Shown here one piece after another: positions 62,657 through 64,000 of a DNA stretch of 64,000 nucleotides. Origin of the DNA: Pocillopora damicornis (Eukaryota). Position 1 is the stretch's first letter, and each line of letters starts with the position of its first letter. The translations under genes and the position numbers were made by a program. The notes under the pieces were generated by a model, which was given only the letters and a program-made list of their open reading frames with translations, ran no database searches and had not been told where the DNA came from. The DNA lies in assembly GCF_003704095.1 (NCBI RefSeq), contig NW_020845264.1, forward strand, positions 682,001 to 746,000, written 5' to 3'.

Positions 62657-63772
62657 CGCTTATTTACTCCAGGCACAAAGATCGAGCTTTCTGGAGTTTT
62701 CCAACGAAGACGCTGATAAAAATACTCAGTGCTGGTTGAGACTTGAGTCAAAGAGAAGACTGGAACCAACCAACCAACCAACATTTACGCATCTTCTTAC
62801 CGACGACCAAGTCACGAAAGAAGCCATTTTTCTTTCTGTGATTGATAGCGGTGGTGATTGCGTTGGTGATTAAGGGAAATTTGCTTTCTTGTATCTTCTG
62901 GCGTGATTTTTATTGCGTGTCGTTATATTCGTGACTGACTGAAAACGGATGTAGCCAATGTCACGCGACGATACTGTTAGAAACGTTCGCACTACTGAAT
63001 GAATAGTAGATTTTATGTGTGTGCGTAAGTTAAAGCACAGCTCTGGCTATGTCAACTGAATGAAGTATTGGTGTTTTTTGAATAAAAATTACGTTTACAT
63101 GGGAAGATTAGGTTTTCCTAGCCCTTTTATTTGGGTTTAAAAGTCAAACTTCGACAACTACACGAGTTTCTTTGGATTATTTTGACTTTTGGAAGAACTT
63201 TCAGAGAATTGAGTTTAGAAATTAAGTAGGCTATTTCCAAGGTGATTTTTCATACCAAATCTGAAGTGTGGAAAATTGACGTTTCATTGTAGTCTCGTAT
63301 ACCATTGTTCAATGATTGCATACGATATCTTCAATTTGACAAGAAACGTCATCTTTCGGAAAGCTTTATTAATATGAAAAAGTCGGTAGAAATTAATATC
63401 ACTCATGGCGGAATATAAAACATTTAATTTACTGCGCTCGCTTCTACCTCTTTATAGGCTAAATTAAGGCAGTTTTTCTGTTTTTTTTAATCTTTTTTTT
63501 TTTTAACTCATACTTAGACACAATTTTCAGTTTTCATCGGCTGTTGAAATAGCGCTTTTGCTCAATTTACATTGCATCAGAGAACAAATAGAAATTTTTT
63601 CTTTTAATTCAAATAGCAATACAATAACGAAAAAAATTATGTCTGTCTGGAGATCAACACGATAATGAACCTTGGTAAGGGAAAATTCTATTTACTCTTG
63701 CTTTATGAAATCTTTACAAGGAAATAGGTTTACCTGCGCCATTTTTTTTATGTGAAAAATCTTACGAGGGTC

Positions 63773-64000
63773 ATGAGGGAATTCCTGTGTGACGCGTTTC
63801 TGCTATTCTTATCCTCAGGCGATGATGTTGAGGGATTTTACTCGACTATTGTCACTAATTGTGTTTTGAACAGCTTCTTATCTTACACTGCTGTTATGCT
63901 GAACTTTGTGACAATTTATGCAATAACCAAAACTTCGTCACTATTAGGACCTTTGAGAATGTTACTGACAAGTCTTGTTGTTTCTGATCTTGGTGTGGGT
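63773..64000 (+). CDS. Rhodopsin-family (class A) GPCR, N-terminus to TM2, truncated by the window end
   Basis: MREFLCDAFLLFLSSGDDVEGFYSTIVTNCVLNSFLSYTAVMLNFVTIYAITKTSSLLGPLRMLLTSLVVSDLGVG contains TM1 with the conserved N and TM2 with LxxSD. The frame is open to the window edge. Confidence 0.85.
   Translation, partial: MREFLCDAFLLFLSSGDDVEGFYSTIVTNCVLNSFLSYTAVMLNFVTIYAITKTSSLLGPLRMLLTSLVVSDLGVG

Overview
Eukaryotic, intron-rich, AT-rich genomic DNA. The repeat families and the GPCR type suggest a scleractinian coral or related anthozoan (inference). There are three assembly gaps (15870-15952, 27151-27250, 41184-41278). Hand-splicing recovers seven protein genes. (1) A SEPT3/9/12-group septin fused to an N-terminal calmodulin-like lobe, with a C-terminal PDZ-type motif (+, 2749-8209). 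(2) A two-exon Fez-type C2H2 repressor with both a SNAG-like N-terminus and an Eh1 motif (+, 11311-12354). (3) A glutamate-receptor-architecture channel with a K+ selectivity filter TVGYG (GluR0/AvGluR1-like; +, 14677-20040). (4) RRS1 (+, 21925 to about 27270). (5) A ZZEF1 orthologue of about 85 exons (+, 28447-59505). (6) An intronless TPMT-like methyltransferase (-, 61880-62656). (7) The start of a rhodopsin-family GPCR (+, 63773 to the window end). Intergenic and intronic DNA holds MITEs, a Harbinger remnant, a probable solo LTR, SINE remnants and an inverted pair of minimal hammerhead-ribozyme-like Penelope repeats. The most unusual items are the K+-filter receptor channel, the calmodulin-septin fusion and the SNAG+Eh1 Fez-like factor. 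None of the three is visible intact in the ORF track.
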